Positions 47,540 through 56,960 of a DNA stretch of 64,000 nt are shown here, in pieces (position 1 is the first letter of the stretch; each line of letters begins with the position of its first letter). The translations under genes were made by a program, and so were the position numbers. Under the pieces are notes generated by a model. That model was given only the letters and a program-made list of their open reading frames with translations. It made no database searches and had not been told where the DNA came from. This DNA comes from Candidatus Latescibacterota bacterium (GTDB lineage: Bacteria; Latescibacterota; UBA2968; UBA8231): contig CBDCSU010000006.1 of assembly GCA_965221775.1 (NCBI GenBank), forward strand, positions 1,216,001 to 1,280,000, written 5' to 3'.

Positions 47540-48967
47540 TTGACGATCACCGCGGCCCTGCGCTCGCGCTGGTCCGCCCCCGGCGGCTACCGCGAGTTCC
47601 TGCAGATCGCCTTCCCCCTGATCCTCAGCACGGCGAGCTGGAGCATCCAGCACTTCGTCGACCGCGTCTTCCTCACCTGGTACTCCACCGACGCCCTGGC
47701 CGCGTCCCTGCCGGCGGGGCTGACGAGCTTCGTCTTCGTCAGCTTCTTCCTCGGCATCGCGGGGTACGTCAACACCTTCGTCGCCCAGTACGTGGGCTCG
47801 GGCCGGCCCGAGCGGGTGGGGGCGGCCCTGTGGCAGGGCGGCTACCTGGCGATGCTGAGCGCCGTGGCCGGGATCCTGGTGGCCCTCATGGCAGTGCCGA
47901 TCTTCGACCTCGTGGGCCACGAGGAGCCGATCCGCTCCAACGAGATCGTCTACTTCCGCATCCTGTGCTGGGGCATGGGCCCCCTGATCCTGTCCACCGC
48001 CCTCGCCTGCTTCTACAGCGGCCGCGGCCGCACCTGGTCCGTCCTCGGCGTCAACGCCGCCGCCACCGGCGTCAACATCGTCCTCGACTACGGCCTGATC
48101 TTCGGTGCCTGGGGCCTGCCCGAGATGGGCCTGCGCGGCGCCGCCTGGGCGACCAACACGGCGGCCGTCTTCGCCGCCGGCCTCTACATCCTCCTGCTGG
48201 CGCGGCCCTCCCACCGCCGGCGCTTCTCCACCTACGCCGCCTGGCGCTTCGACCGCGCCCTCTTCGCGCGCCTCCTCCGCTTCGGCGGCGCCAACGGCGT
48301 CAACTTCATGCTCGACATCTTCTCCTTCACCTTCTTCATCCTCATCATCGGCCGCGTGGGCACCCTGGAGCTGACGGCGAGCAACCTCGCCTTCAACATC
48401 AACAGCCTCGCCTTCATGCCCCTCATCGGCGCCGGCATCGCCGTCTCCACCATGGTCGGCCAGCGTCTCGGCGCCGAGGCCCCCGCCGCCGCCGAGTACT
48501 GCACCTGGAGCGGCCTCCACGTGGCCCTCGCCTACGCGGCGATCATGACCGCCGCCTACATCCTCGTGCCCGACCTCTTCCTGCTGCCCTACGGGGCCGG
48601 CGCCTCGGGCGAGGAGTTCGTCCACGCCCGCGACCTGGCCCGCTCGCTGCTGCGCATCGTCGGCCTCTACTGCCTCTTCGACGCCGCCTACATCATGTTC
48701 ACCGCCGCCCTCAAGGGAGCCGGTGACACGCGCTACATCATGTACGCCGGGTTCCTCCTGGGCCTGTCGATCATGGTGGCGCCGCCGCTGATCGCCGTGG
48801 AGTGGTTCGACGCCGGCGTCTACACCGTGTGGGTCTTCATCGTCGCCTACCTGGCGGTGGCGGCGGCCGTGTTCTACCGCCGCTTCCGGATCGGCCCCTG
48901 GAAGTCGATGCGCGTCATCGAGGAGTCGGCGGGAGAGGCTTCGCCGGCGGCGGACGCGGCCTCGTGA
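47540..48967 (+). CDS. MATE family efflux transporter
   Basis: 'FVAQYVGSG', 'NIVLDYGLIFG..GLPEMGLRGAAWAT', 'ALKGAGDTR'. TTG start inferred. Confidence 0.92.
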   Translation: MTITAALRSRWSAPGGYREFLQIAFPLILSTASWSIQHFVDRVFLTWYSTDALAASLPAGLTSFVFVSFFLGIAGYVNTFVAQYVGSGRPERVGAALWQGGYLAMLSAVAGILVALMAVPIFDLVGHEEPIRSNEIVYFRILCWGMGPLILSTALACFYSGRGRTWSVLGVNAAATGVNIVLDYGLIFGAWGLPEMGLRGAAWATNTAAVFAAGLYILLLARPSHRRRFSTYAAWRFDRALFARLLRFGGANGVNFMLDIFSFTFFILIIGRVGTLELTASNLAFNINSLAFMPLIGAGIAVSTMVGQRLGAEAPAAAEYCTWSGLHVALAYAAIMTAAYILVPDLFLLPYGAGASGEEFVHARDLARSLLRIVGLYCLFDAAYIMFTAALKGAGDTRYIMYAGFLLGLSIMVAPPLIAVEWFDAGVYTVWVFIVAYLAVAAAVFYRRFRIGPWKSMRVIEESAGEASPAADAAS

Positions 48968-49869
48968 GTTTCTGGGGCATCGACCTGGGGGGCACCAAGA
49001 TCGAGGGCGTCGTGCTGCCTGCGGCCGACTCGCTGGAGCCGCTGTGCCGCCTGCGGGTGCCCACCGACAGCCACCTCGGCTACGACCGGGTGCGCCAGCG
49101 CGTGGCGGAGCTGGTGCAGGGGCTGGCCGCCGAGACCGGGGATCGACCCGAGATCCTGGGCATCGGCACCCCCGGCGTGCTGGACCCGCGGTCCCGCACT
49201 CTGAAGAACTCCAACGCCACCTGCCTCAACGGCCGCCCCCTGCTCGACGACCTGACCGCCGATCTCGGCTGCCGGGTGGAGATGGCCAACGACGCCAACT
49301 GCTTCGCCCTCGCCGAGGCCCGCCTCGGCGCCGGCCGCGGGGCCGGCATCCTCTTCGGCGTCATCCTCGGCACCGGGGTCGGCGGGGGCGTCGTCGTCGA
49401 CGGCCGGGTGCTGCACGGGGGGCAGGGCATCGCCGGCGAGTGGGGACACAACGTCCTCGACCCCGGGGGCGATCCGTGCTACTGCGGCCGGAGGGGATGC
49501 GTCGAGACGGTGCTCTCAGGCCCCGGCCTGGAGAGGTTCTACGAGGAGCGCTGCGGTGTGCGGCGGGAGCTGCCCGAGATCGCCGCGCGCGCGGAGTCGG
49601 GGACGGACGAGGCGGCGGCCGCCGCCGTCGAGCGACTCGCGGAGGGCTTCGGCCGCGCCATTGCCTCCGTGGTCAACATCCTCGACCCCCACGTGGTCGT
49701 CCTCGGCGGCGGCGTCAGCAACGTGGACGCCCTCTACGGCCGCGGCATCGAGGAGATGTCCCGCTGGGTCTTCAACGACCGCCTCGACACGCGGGTGGTG
49801 CGCAACGAGCTGGGCGACTCGGCCGGCGGCTTCGGCGCGGCGATGCTGGCGGCTTCGGTGGAGGGGTAG
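48964..49869 (+). CDS. ROK family sugar kinase (fructokinase Mak-like)
   Basis: 'GIDLGGTKIE', 'ANDANCFALAE', 'ILGTGVGGG', 'GEWGH', 'CYCGRRGCVE'. Confidence 0.93.
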   Translation: MSFWGIDLGGTKIEGVVLPAADSLEPLCRLRVPTDSHLGYDRVRQRVAELVQGLAAETGDRPEILGIGTPGVLDPRSRTLKNSNATCLNGRPLLDDLTADLGCRVEMANDANCFALAEARLGAGRGAGILFGVILGTGVGGGVVVDGRVLHGGQGIAGEWGHNVLDPGGDPCYCGRRGCVETVLSGPGLERFYEERCGVRRELPEIAARAESGTDEAAAAAVERLAEGFGRAIASVVNILDPHVVVLGGGVSNVDALYGRGIEEMSRWVFNDRLDTRVVRNELGDSAGGFGAAMLAASVEG

Positions 49870-49902
49870 GAGCGTTCAGGCCGGAGAGCATCCATGGGGG
49901 GT

Positions 49903-50010
49903 TCACTTGAGAAGAAGCAACCGGCGTGTTGCCACACTTCGGGGGCCGGACAAGCGCGCCCAGTAGACGCCGGATGCGACGCCCGCAGCGTTCCAAACCA
50001 CCTCCCCTGG
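49903..50010 (-). pseudogene. orphan 3' remnant of a FlgD/T9SS-like C-terminal domain gene
   Basis: Translates as 'GEVVWNAAGVASGVYWARLSGPRSVATRRLLLLK*', like the tail of 12244-14943, but has no credible upstream coding region. Confidence 0.65.
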
Positions 50011-50265
50011 AAGCCCACAGCCTTCCGGGGAACGATCTCTTGACAGGGTGGACGCCGTAGGTGGCGGGTCCGGGGGCTGTGGCGAAGGACGAACACAGGG
50101 TGCCAACAAGGGCCACGATCCCGGTCAAGGCGGCGAGTCCTTGATGTGGCCGGGCCGGCTGATCTCGCTTACACACCTTTTGACAGGACCTCCGGACGAC
50201 CCGAGAGTAAGGAATAGATGCGTTGAAGCTGGACCTCAGCCTCACCTTTCTCCCGTTAGGAAGAC

Positions 50266-50931
50266 ATGAAAACCCTCGCATGGTTGATCGTCCTGTCGCC
50301 TGTTCTCGCCCATGCCGATGAGGAGCTCATCGGTGTTTGGGAGAGGACCATTTACTGGGACGACGGCCTCGACGTGTACGCAGAGGCCACGATTCGTTAC
50401 ACCTTCAAGATCGACAACCAGTTCGAGCTGTATCAGAACATCGTCTTGCACGACCACACCATGCTGCCCACAGCTGACGGGGCGGCCGAGGTCCCGGCTG
50501 ATGGGGATCCCGTTGTCGACCGGGATCTCGTTGTCCTGGGCTCGGGGACCTACTGGACCGTGGCCGACAGCCTGTTCCTCGACGTGACCGAAGTAGAAGA
50601 GACCCTGAACCGAGATTCCCTGGTGGCCATCCTCACGCATCTAGGCAAGTGGATGGCCCTTCACCTCTGCGATATGACCGGGGGCTGCCCCGAGGACTAC
50701 GCGGCCTACCAGGAGGCGGTCGTGGCGGAGGTGATTCGGGAGTTCAGGCACGCATTCTACTTCGAGGGAGACTCCGGGCCGGTAAACACCTACCGCATCG
50801 AACACGGCAAACTGTGGATTATCGAGACCTGGGAAGACGGCACCGTCGGAATGACGGACTTCTCCCGGATGGATCCGCCTACAGCCGTCACATCCTCTTC
50901 CTGGGGAGCGCTCAAGAGGAGATTCGAGTAG
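50266..50931 (+). CDS. secreted hypothetical protein with C-terminal SWGxxK tail
   Basis: Signal peptide AHA-D; lipocalin-like 'LIGVWE'; ends PPTAVTSSSWGALKRRFE. Confidence 0.8.
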   Translation: MKTLAWLIVLSPVLAHADEELIGVWERTIYWDDGLDVYAEATIRYTFKIDNQFELYQNIVLHDHTMLPTADGAAEVPADGDPVVDRDLVVLGSGTYWTVADSLFLDVTEVEETLNRDSLVAILTHLGKWMALHLCDMTGGCPEDYAAYQEAVVAEVIREFRHAFYFEGDSGPVNTYRIEHGKLWIIETWEDGTVGMTDFSRMDPPTAVTSSSWGALKRRFE

Positions 50932-50941
50932 AAGGGCCACT

Positions 50942-51420
50942 CCGCAACCCCTCCTCGTAGACCTCGAAGCGCTCGCCCTCCCGCTCCTCCGGGTCGACCA
51001 GCTTCAAAAAGAGAGCGCTGCCCGGCCGGCTGCCGGCGAACTCCCGGTGGCTGCCGATGTGGGAGGGGTCCGCACCGCTCCACTTCACCTCGCCGTCCTG
51101 CAGGTAGATGAAGTCGCCCGGGTAGCGGTCGATCATCTCGCGGCGGCGGTCCCGGTACCAGAGGCCCTGCTCGCAGGCGGTCTCGCGCACGGTGGCCATG
51201 TGCGCGGGCGGGTCCTCCTCCACCGAGTCGAACTCGTTCAGTGGCGCCTGCACCTCGCTTTCCAGGTCGATCTCGTCGAGGTCGACGGTGCCGAACCCGC
51301 CCTGGGCGGCCACGAGGAGGTGGTTGCGGTCGCGGCGGAAGGGCGGCCGCGGCCAGTCCGAGGCGGGGTCGTGGCCCATGAGGTGAGCGCCCACGGCGTC
51401 GGTGGCCACGATCTGGTCGC
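50942..51420 (-). pseudogene. 479-bp duplicate of the 3' end of the DUF362 gene (direct repeat of 54366-54844)
   Basis: Gap-free alignment with about 14 substitutions by hand count, mostly synonymous; lacks the 5' part and the native stop. Confidence 0.93.
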
Positions 51421-51478
51421 TGCCTCGGTAACGCGTTGTCCCAGAAACCGTTCCGCAGGTTTCCTGGTAATCTACCCC

Positions 51479-51553
51479 TTGGCATTTTGCGGCCTGAAGG
51501 CTATCCTACATATGAACAAGCCCCGACCCCGAGTTCAGGCTCGGGATCGGGCC
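51479..51553 (+). promoter_or_regulatory. putative sigma70 promoter followed by a stem-loop
   Basis: TTGGCA-17nt-TATCCT (51479-51507); imperfect hairpin gccccgaccccgag-ttcagg-ctcgggatcgggc (~51520-51553). Confidence 0.4.
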
Positions 51554-51681
51554 ACACCCACAGACCAATCACGGAGTTTCCAGAAATGGTATCGTCAATA
51601 GTATCTGCCCGTCATCGCTCTGTTAGAACGCCCCAATTCGAGACCATCGATGACGGTGATCGTCAAGTTCAGGCGATCACG

Positions 51682-51882
51682 ATGCATGAATCTCTCGTGG
51701 AAGTCCACGACCCGCCAACCATCGATGATTTTCGCAGTTTGTATCGCCAGATCCCGCCGCCGGTACGCTCTCAGATCAAGTTTCTGGCCGCCGGAGCAGC
51801 CGGGCTTCTGGCACAGCGGATTGTCCAGGGACTCTTCGATCGGCTCGAAGAGTCGGGTTCAGAGCCAAGGCAAATTGCGTAA
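51682..51882 (+). CDS. small hypothetical protein (66 aa)
   Basis: ORF MHESLVEVHDPP...; lower-GC cargo region; no recognisable motif. Confidence 0.3.
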   Translation: MHESLVEVHDPPTIDDFRSLYRQIPPPVRSQIKFLAAGAAGLLAQRIVQGLFDRLEESGSEPRQIA

Positions 51883-51956
51883 TTCCTCCGTAGTCCCACT
51901 CTGTACCTTGACGCTCGCACTTGTCTCTCTCACCGAGAGAAGAAGGGAGAGGTTCA

Positions 51957-52214
51957 TTGCTTGAGTTGACCGAAGCTCGCAGACAGAAAGCAAGGCCAAT
52001 CCTCGAGAAGCACAATCAGCTTCTCCGTGAAGGACAACCTGATATGACATCCCTCGATCTGGAATTACGAGCGTGTTGGGGGATCGGGTATCAGAAGTTG
52101 AAAGACATCATCCGGGACATGTATGACAATCACCCGGAGTACCGAGATCTGGCTCTCTGCTACATGAAGGCTCACCCTGTGAGTGAATTCAGAAGCCGCC
52201 TCGGGATAGGCTGA
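51957..52214 (+). CDS. small hypothetical protein (85 aa)
   Basis: Purine-rich SD (GAAGGGAGAGG) before TTG; helical protein-like sequence; no recognisable motif. Confidence 0.5.
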   Translation: MLELTEARRQKARPILEKHNQLLREGQPDMTSLDLELRACWGIGYQKLKDIIRDMYDNHPEYRDLALCYMKAHPVSEFRSRLGIG

Positions 52215-52345
52215 AACGGGCGCTTGGTTTTGAGAGAGACGACTTCGCGGTCCTACGCTATTCTCAAGTGCCTCTTGGAGAACCACTTGCTTGGCCACCT
52301 ACGTAAGTCCCACCCATCGGGGCCTGGCTCGGGCCTACTGCCGGC

Positions 52346-54346
52346 TCAACGGCGCCAGGGCCACGGGAAGCCGGGCGCCGAGATTCTCTTGTGGAGGAAG
52401 TCCTCCGTCTGCTTGTGCCACAGGACGAAAGTGTCCCCCACGCTCGAAGTGTCGTCGTAGAGGAAGTCGGGGATCTCGTTTCTGATCGGGGTGCGGCCGA
52501 AGGCATCCGCCTTTTCCCACACGACCAGGGATTCGCCCTGCAGGCTCCATCCTTGTTCACCTTCCCCGACGACCTTGCGGTAGTTCTCAGGCGCCAACAG
52601 GGCGTCGAGCCGTCGCGCGGCCCTCTCGTACCGCCGGTCGGCGTACTCGCCCCATGACACCGGCCGGCACCATTCCGGCAGCGTTCCGGCTGCGTGCTCC
52701 TGCAACAGGTCGCACAGCGTCTGCGACGACATCGCCAGGATGTCCTTCGGCAGCGGCATATCGTCCAGCCTGTCCATGATCCGAGCGAGGTACATGCGGT
52801 AGAAGTCGGTCGACAGGTGGGAGCGAATCCCCTCAACGCTGGAGTGCAGCTCGTCGGCCAGCGCATGCTTGTGGCTGGGAAGGGAGGTGTTGGTGTAGAT
52901 CATCAGGCACCGCTTCACCACTTCGTCCGGGAAGGACTGGGGCTCGGCGTTCATCGAGATGACGAAGCAGGGGTGTTCGGTGACCGGGGGCAGGTTCTCA
53001 TCCTTTACGATGTCCAAGCCGTGCTCGGTGAAACGGCGCCGCGTGATGTCGTCGAAGACTACCGGGAAGCGCCGGTAGTTCTGCTGCAATCCCCGCAGGT
53101 TGCGGCGCGTGAAGCCGTCCTTCTCAACCGTGCTCGGATGGCCGAACATGCTGGCCACGAGGGTGTCGACCAAGCTGGTCTTGCCGCAGTTCGACTTGCC
53201 GTAGATCACCGCGAACGAGGGATAGTGGACGATGTTGGCTCCTTCGACGGTGGCGAGGGCACGCAGATCGCAGATGAAGGGGGAAACGTAGAGCCAGGAC
53301 ATGAAGGTGAAGTAGTCCCGCTGAAGACGGCGCACATCGCCGATGAAGCCGCGCTCGTAGTTGTTGAAGTACTCGACGATGGCCCGAGCGCTTTGACCAA
53401 GCCGCTCGCCGTCGACCTCCAGCGGCACGGGATCCCCTGAAAGAGAGACGTAGCGGGAGTTCCGGTCGATGCTCAGCTGCACGGGTCTGGAATCCTCTTC
53501 CTCCTGCCGCCCCTTCGCCCAGCGCAGCTTCTTGATCTCCGCCTTGACCGCTGGAGTCAGGACGAAGCTGCCCTTCTCCCGTTTCACCTGCGGGGTGACG
53601 ACGCGGTCCACCGGCACGGTCAGCTCCTCCACCCTGTGCACGACCTGCGGCACGGTCAGTTCCTCTGGCTGTGGCGGCTGAAACACCGTGACTCCTTCCT
53701 CCTGCAGCACGGGCGTGTCGGTGAAGGCGATGTCCGCCTCCTTCAGATCGACCGGCAGATCGATGCGATTGGAGGCAGTCCGCTTCACCGCGTCGTACTC
53801 GCGCGAGTAGTGGTCCCAAGCGCCGTCGTCGTCGAAGACCAGGAGCGTTTCCGGCTGTTTGCCGCTGAAGGCGCGCTCCGAGAGGTTGGCCGAGCCTGCG
53901 ATCACCCGCCTCCGCGGCTGCTCTCCGCCCTCGAGGAGATACAGCTTCGAGTGCGCGACGTTCTCCTTCACCACGTAGAACTCCGCCTCGCCGGCGTGGA
54001 CCTTCTCCAGGATTCTCCGTTGCCGTTCGTCCTTCAACTTGAGGGCGGCCTCCCTCAACTGGGTGACGAGGAATTGCTGAAAGGCGATGAGGTCCGCGAA
54101 ACGCCCCAGGCCCGCCTCGTAACCGAAGACGCATTCGAAGTGTCGGAACCCGTGCCGCTCCAGCATGCGAACGATCATCGGCGTGCTGACCGAGTAGGTC
54201 AGGGCGCGCATCGTTTCGAAGCCGTCGAACAGGGTCCACGAGAAGGGTTCGGCCCTGTGGAACCGGGCGGAGACTACTTGCAGTCCCTTCCTGGCCGTCG
54301 AATCGGGATCCTCGAAATCGAGGAGATTCTGCTGTGTGCCGCTCAT
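52346..54346 (-). CDS. PLD-family (HKD) nuclease fused to a P-loop ATPase (SF3/AAA+-like); candidate defence protein
   Basis: 'HSKLYLL...VIAGSANLSERAF...QPE' single HKD-type motif; Walker A 'YGKSNCGKTS', Walker B 'VVFDDI', sensor 'ISMN'. Confidence 0.8.
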   Translation of the reverse strand: MSGTQQNLLDFEDPDSTARKGLQVVSARFHRAEPFSWTLFDGFETMRALTYSVSTPMIVRMLERHGFRHFECVFGYEAGLGRFADLIAFQQFLVTQLREAALKLKDERQRRILEKVHAGEAEFYVVKENVAHSKLYLLEGGEQPRRRVIAGSANLSERAFSGKQPETLLVFDDDGAWDHYSREYDAVKRTASNRIDLPVDLKEADIAFTDTPVLQEEGVTVFQPPQPEELTVPQVVHRVEELTVPVDRVVTPQVKREKGSFVLTPAVKAEIKKLRWAKGRQEEEDSRPVQLSIDRNSRYVSLSGDPVPLEVDGERLGQSARAIVEYFNNYERGFIGDVRRLQRDYFTFMSWLYVSPFICDLRALATVEGANIVHYPSFAVIYGKSNCGKTSLVDTLVASMFGHPSTVEKDGFTRRNLRGLQQNYRRFPVVFDDITRRRFTEHGLDIVKDENLPPVTEHPCFVISMNAEPQSFPDEVVKRCLMIYTNTSLPSHKHALADELHSSVEGIRSHLSTDFYRMYLARIMDRLDDMPLPKDILAMSSQTLCDLLQEHAAGTLPEWCRPVSWGEYADRRYERAARRLDALLAPENYRKVVGEGEQGWSLQGESLVVWEKADAFGRTPIRNEIPDFLYDDTSSVGDTFVLWHKQTEDFLHKRISAPGFPWPWRR

Positions 54347-54350
54347 CGGT

Positions 54351-55559
54351 TCAGGCCCGCAGCCGCCGCAGCCCCTCCTCGTAGACCTCGAAGCGCTCGC
54401 CCTCCCGCTCCTCCGGATCGACCAGCTTCAAAAAGAGAGCGCTGCCGGGCCGGCGGCCGGCGAACTCCCGGTGGCTGCCGATGTGGGAGGGGTCCGCACC
54501 GCTCCACTTCACCTCGCCGTCCTGCAGGTAGATGAAGTCGCCCGGGTAGCGGTCGACCAGCTCGCGGCGGCGATCCCGGTACCAGAGGCCCTGCTCGCAG
54601 GCGGTCTCGCGCACCGTGGCCATGTGCGCGGGCGGGTCCTCCTCCACCGAGTCGAACTCGTTCAGCGGCGCCTGCACCTCACTCACCAGGTCGATCTCGT
54701 CGAGGTCGACGGTGCCGAACCCGCCCTGGGCGGCCACGAGGAGGTGGTTGCGGTCGCGGCGGAAGGGCGGCCGCGGCCAGTCGGAGGCGGGGTCGTGGCC
54801 CATGAGGTGAGCCCCCACGGCGTCGGTGGCCACGATCTGGTCGCCGGCGATCAGGGCGTTGCAGACGCGCCCCTCGCCGCCCCACTCGCGGCCCCACTGG
54901 CCGGTGAGGGCGTCGATGATGTTGAGGCAGGGGTTGGTGATGCGCGCCAGGTCGGGCAGCACGTAGGAGAGCCGGATGGCGTGGTGGAAGTAGGTGCGCA
55001 CGCGCCCCTCGGGGCGGATCGTCGGGGTCAGGCCGAAGAGGTTCTTCATGCACAGGGTGACGCCCATGAAGAGGTGGTTCTTCATCTTGGCCACCGAGAT
55101 CACCTCGTCCGCCTCCTGCCAGCAGCGGCTGAGGGTGTAGCGCCGGAACATGTAGCCGCCCCCGGGCACGTCGTACTCGGCGAAGGGAGGCAGGTTCGAC
55201 TCGTCGTACTCGACGCCGAACTCGTCGAGGAGGGGCTTGTAATTGAAGTAGGGAGTGGTCCCCCCGTCGGCTTCGCGTCCGAAGGTGTCGCTGGCCACCA
55301 GGCTCGCCGAGGTGCGCTCCCGCAGCAGGCGCAGCACGGCGCGGCAGACGGCGTCGTCCACCAGCTCGCGGCGGCGGCCCTCGAACCTCTCCACCTTGGT
55401 GTGTCCCATGTTGAACTTGAGGGCGATGCGCCCCGCCTTCTCCAGTTTCTCCCAGGACCGGGTCAGGGGGTCGGTGGCGCGCTTCAGCGCCTCGTAGACC
55501 TCCTCGTCGGCGGCCCGGTGATCGCAGCGCACGGCGCGCACGGCGTATTGGCGGCTCAT
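54351..55559 (-). CDS. DUF362 domain protein
   Basis: 'IALKFN', 'ADEVISVAKMKNH...VTLCMKNLFG', 'IIDAL', 'DQIVATDAVGAHLMG'. Confidence 0.88.
   Translation of the reverse strand: MSRQYAVRAVRCDHRAADEEVYEALKRATDPLTRSWEKLEKAGRIALKFNMGHTKVERFEGRRRELVDDAVCRAVLRLLRERTSASLVASDTFGREADGGTTPYFNYKPLLDEFGVEYDESNLPPFAEYDVPGGGYMFRRYTLSRCWQEADEVISVAKMKNHLFMGVTLCMKNLFGLTPTIRPEGRVRTYFHHAIRLSYVLPDLARITNPCLNIIDALTGQWGREWGGEGRVCNALIAGDQIVATDAVGAHLMGHDPASDWPRPPFRRDRNHLLVAAQGGFGTVDLDEIDLVSEVQAPLNEFDSVEEDPPAHMATVRETACEQGLWYRDRRRELVDRYPGDFIYLQDGEVKWSGADPSHIGSHREFAGRRPGSALFLKLVDPEEREGERFEVYEEGLRRLRA
54366..54844 (-). repeat. direct repeat partner of 50942-51420 (3' end of the intact DUF362 gene)
   Basis: Sequence identity seen directly; both copies end at ...gatctggtcgc. 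Confidence 0.93.
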
Positions 55560-55575
55560 TCTGTCTCTCCTCCGT

Positions 55576-56784
55576 TCACAGGTTCCAGTAGTCGTTCAGG
55601 TCGCGCTGCCAGGCGTCGACCTTGCCGGACACGACGTCGGCCACCTTGACCACCTGCCCCGACTTGCCCGACTCGTAGATCGCCTCGCTCACCGCCTTGG
55701 AGCGCATCCCCTCCTCGGCGTCGATCTCCACGGGGCGGCCGCGGGAGAGGGCATCGATGAAGTCCCACAGCTCCAGGGGCACGCCGGCGGTGATGCCGTA
55801 GGGGAAGAGCTCCTCGCGGCGGGCGGCGGAGAGGGTGTCAAGGTACATCTGCTGCAGCTTGCCCATGCTGTAGGTGGTGCCGTCGATGAGCTGGCACTCG
55901 CCGTTGGCCTGGAAGGCGGCGGGGTGGAAGATGTCGGAGTCGACGATCGATCCGCGGGTGCCGGCCAGGGTGAGCTGGGTGAAGCCCTTGCCCGGCGCCG
56001 AGATCGTCCACGACCAGGTGCCGACCAGGCCGCTCCTGAAGTTGAAGATCGCCGTCCAGAAGTCCTCCTGGGCGCCCTTGACGACGCGCCGGCCCTTGCG
56101 GAAGCGGCGGTCCCGAACCTGCTCGACGCGGGCGAAGACGGAGTCGATCTCGCCGAACCAGTAGCGCATGGTGTCGACCCAGTGGGCGCCGGAGTCCATG
56201 ACCATGCCGCAGCCGCCGAGCTTGCGGTCGACGCGCCAGCTCCAGCCGCCCACGGGCTCCGGGTCCTGCCAGGCCGCCCTGATCGCCCACCACATGACCG
56301 GATCCCCGAGCAGGCCCTCGTTGAAGGCCCAGTGGATGGCGCGCTGGCCGATGGCGCGGCGGCACTGCTCGGCGGTGGCCGCCACCAAGCCCCGGCGCCT
56401 GGCGGTGGCGGCGATCTTCTTCGATGCCTTCACGGTGATGCCGATCGGCTTCTCGATGAGGACGTTGACGCCGGCCTGCAGCAGCTGACAGCCGAGGACG
56501 TGGTGCAGGCCGTGGGGACTGCAGATGTCGGCGCCGTCCACCTCGAGGCCGCTGTCGAGCAGGTCGTCGACGCTGCCGAAGGCGGCCACCTCCCAGCCGG
56601 CGGCGGAGGCGAGGCGGTCGGCGAATCCCTCGGCCCGCTCCTTCGCCTCGTCCACGGCGGCGACGATGCGGAAGCGGTCCTCGCCCCGCTGCAGCAGCTC
56701 CTCGTAGCCGCGCAGGTGGGCGCCGGCCATGCCGCCGCAGCCGACGATCGCCAGGTTCACTCGCTTGCCTCTGCTCTTGGCCAT
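55576..56784 (-). CDS. Gfo/Idh/MocA family oxidoreductase
   Basis: 'AIVGCGGMA', 'VLIEKPI', 'MDSGAHWVD'. Confidence 0.92.
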   Translation of the reverse strand: MAKSRGKRVNLAIVGCGGMAGAHLRGYEELLQRGEDRFRIVAAVDEAKERAEGFADRLASAAGWEVAAFGSVDDLLDSGLEVDGADICSPHGLHHVLGCQLLQAGVNVLIEKPIGITVKASKKIAATARRRGLVAATAEQCRRAIGQRAIHWAFNEGLLGDPVMWWAIRAAWQDPEPVGGWSWRVDRKLGGCGMVMDSGAHWVDTMRYWFGEIDSVFARVEQVRDRRFRKGRRVVKGAQEDFWTAIFNFRSGLVGTWSWTISAPGKGFTQLTLAGTRGSIVDSDIFHPAAFQANGECQLIDGTTYSMGKLQQMYLDTLSAARREELFPYGITAGVPLELWDFIDALSRGRPVEIDAEEGMRSKAVSEAIYESGKSGQVVKVADVVSGKVDAWQRDLNDYWNL

Positions 56785-56960
56785 CGGCTCCCCTTCCGGT
56801 GGTGGGTTCGGCGATATAAGCGGTGCCGGGTGCGGGCGCGTCAAGGCGGCTCCGTCTGTCTCGACGCCTGCCGCTTCGTTATCTTGGCGCCCCTCGCGGC
56901 GCAGCGCCCCGGAAGGTGGCCCGGCGACGCGGGTCCCGCCCCTGGCGAAAGGAGATCCTG

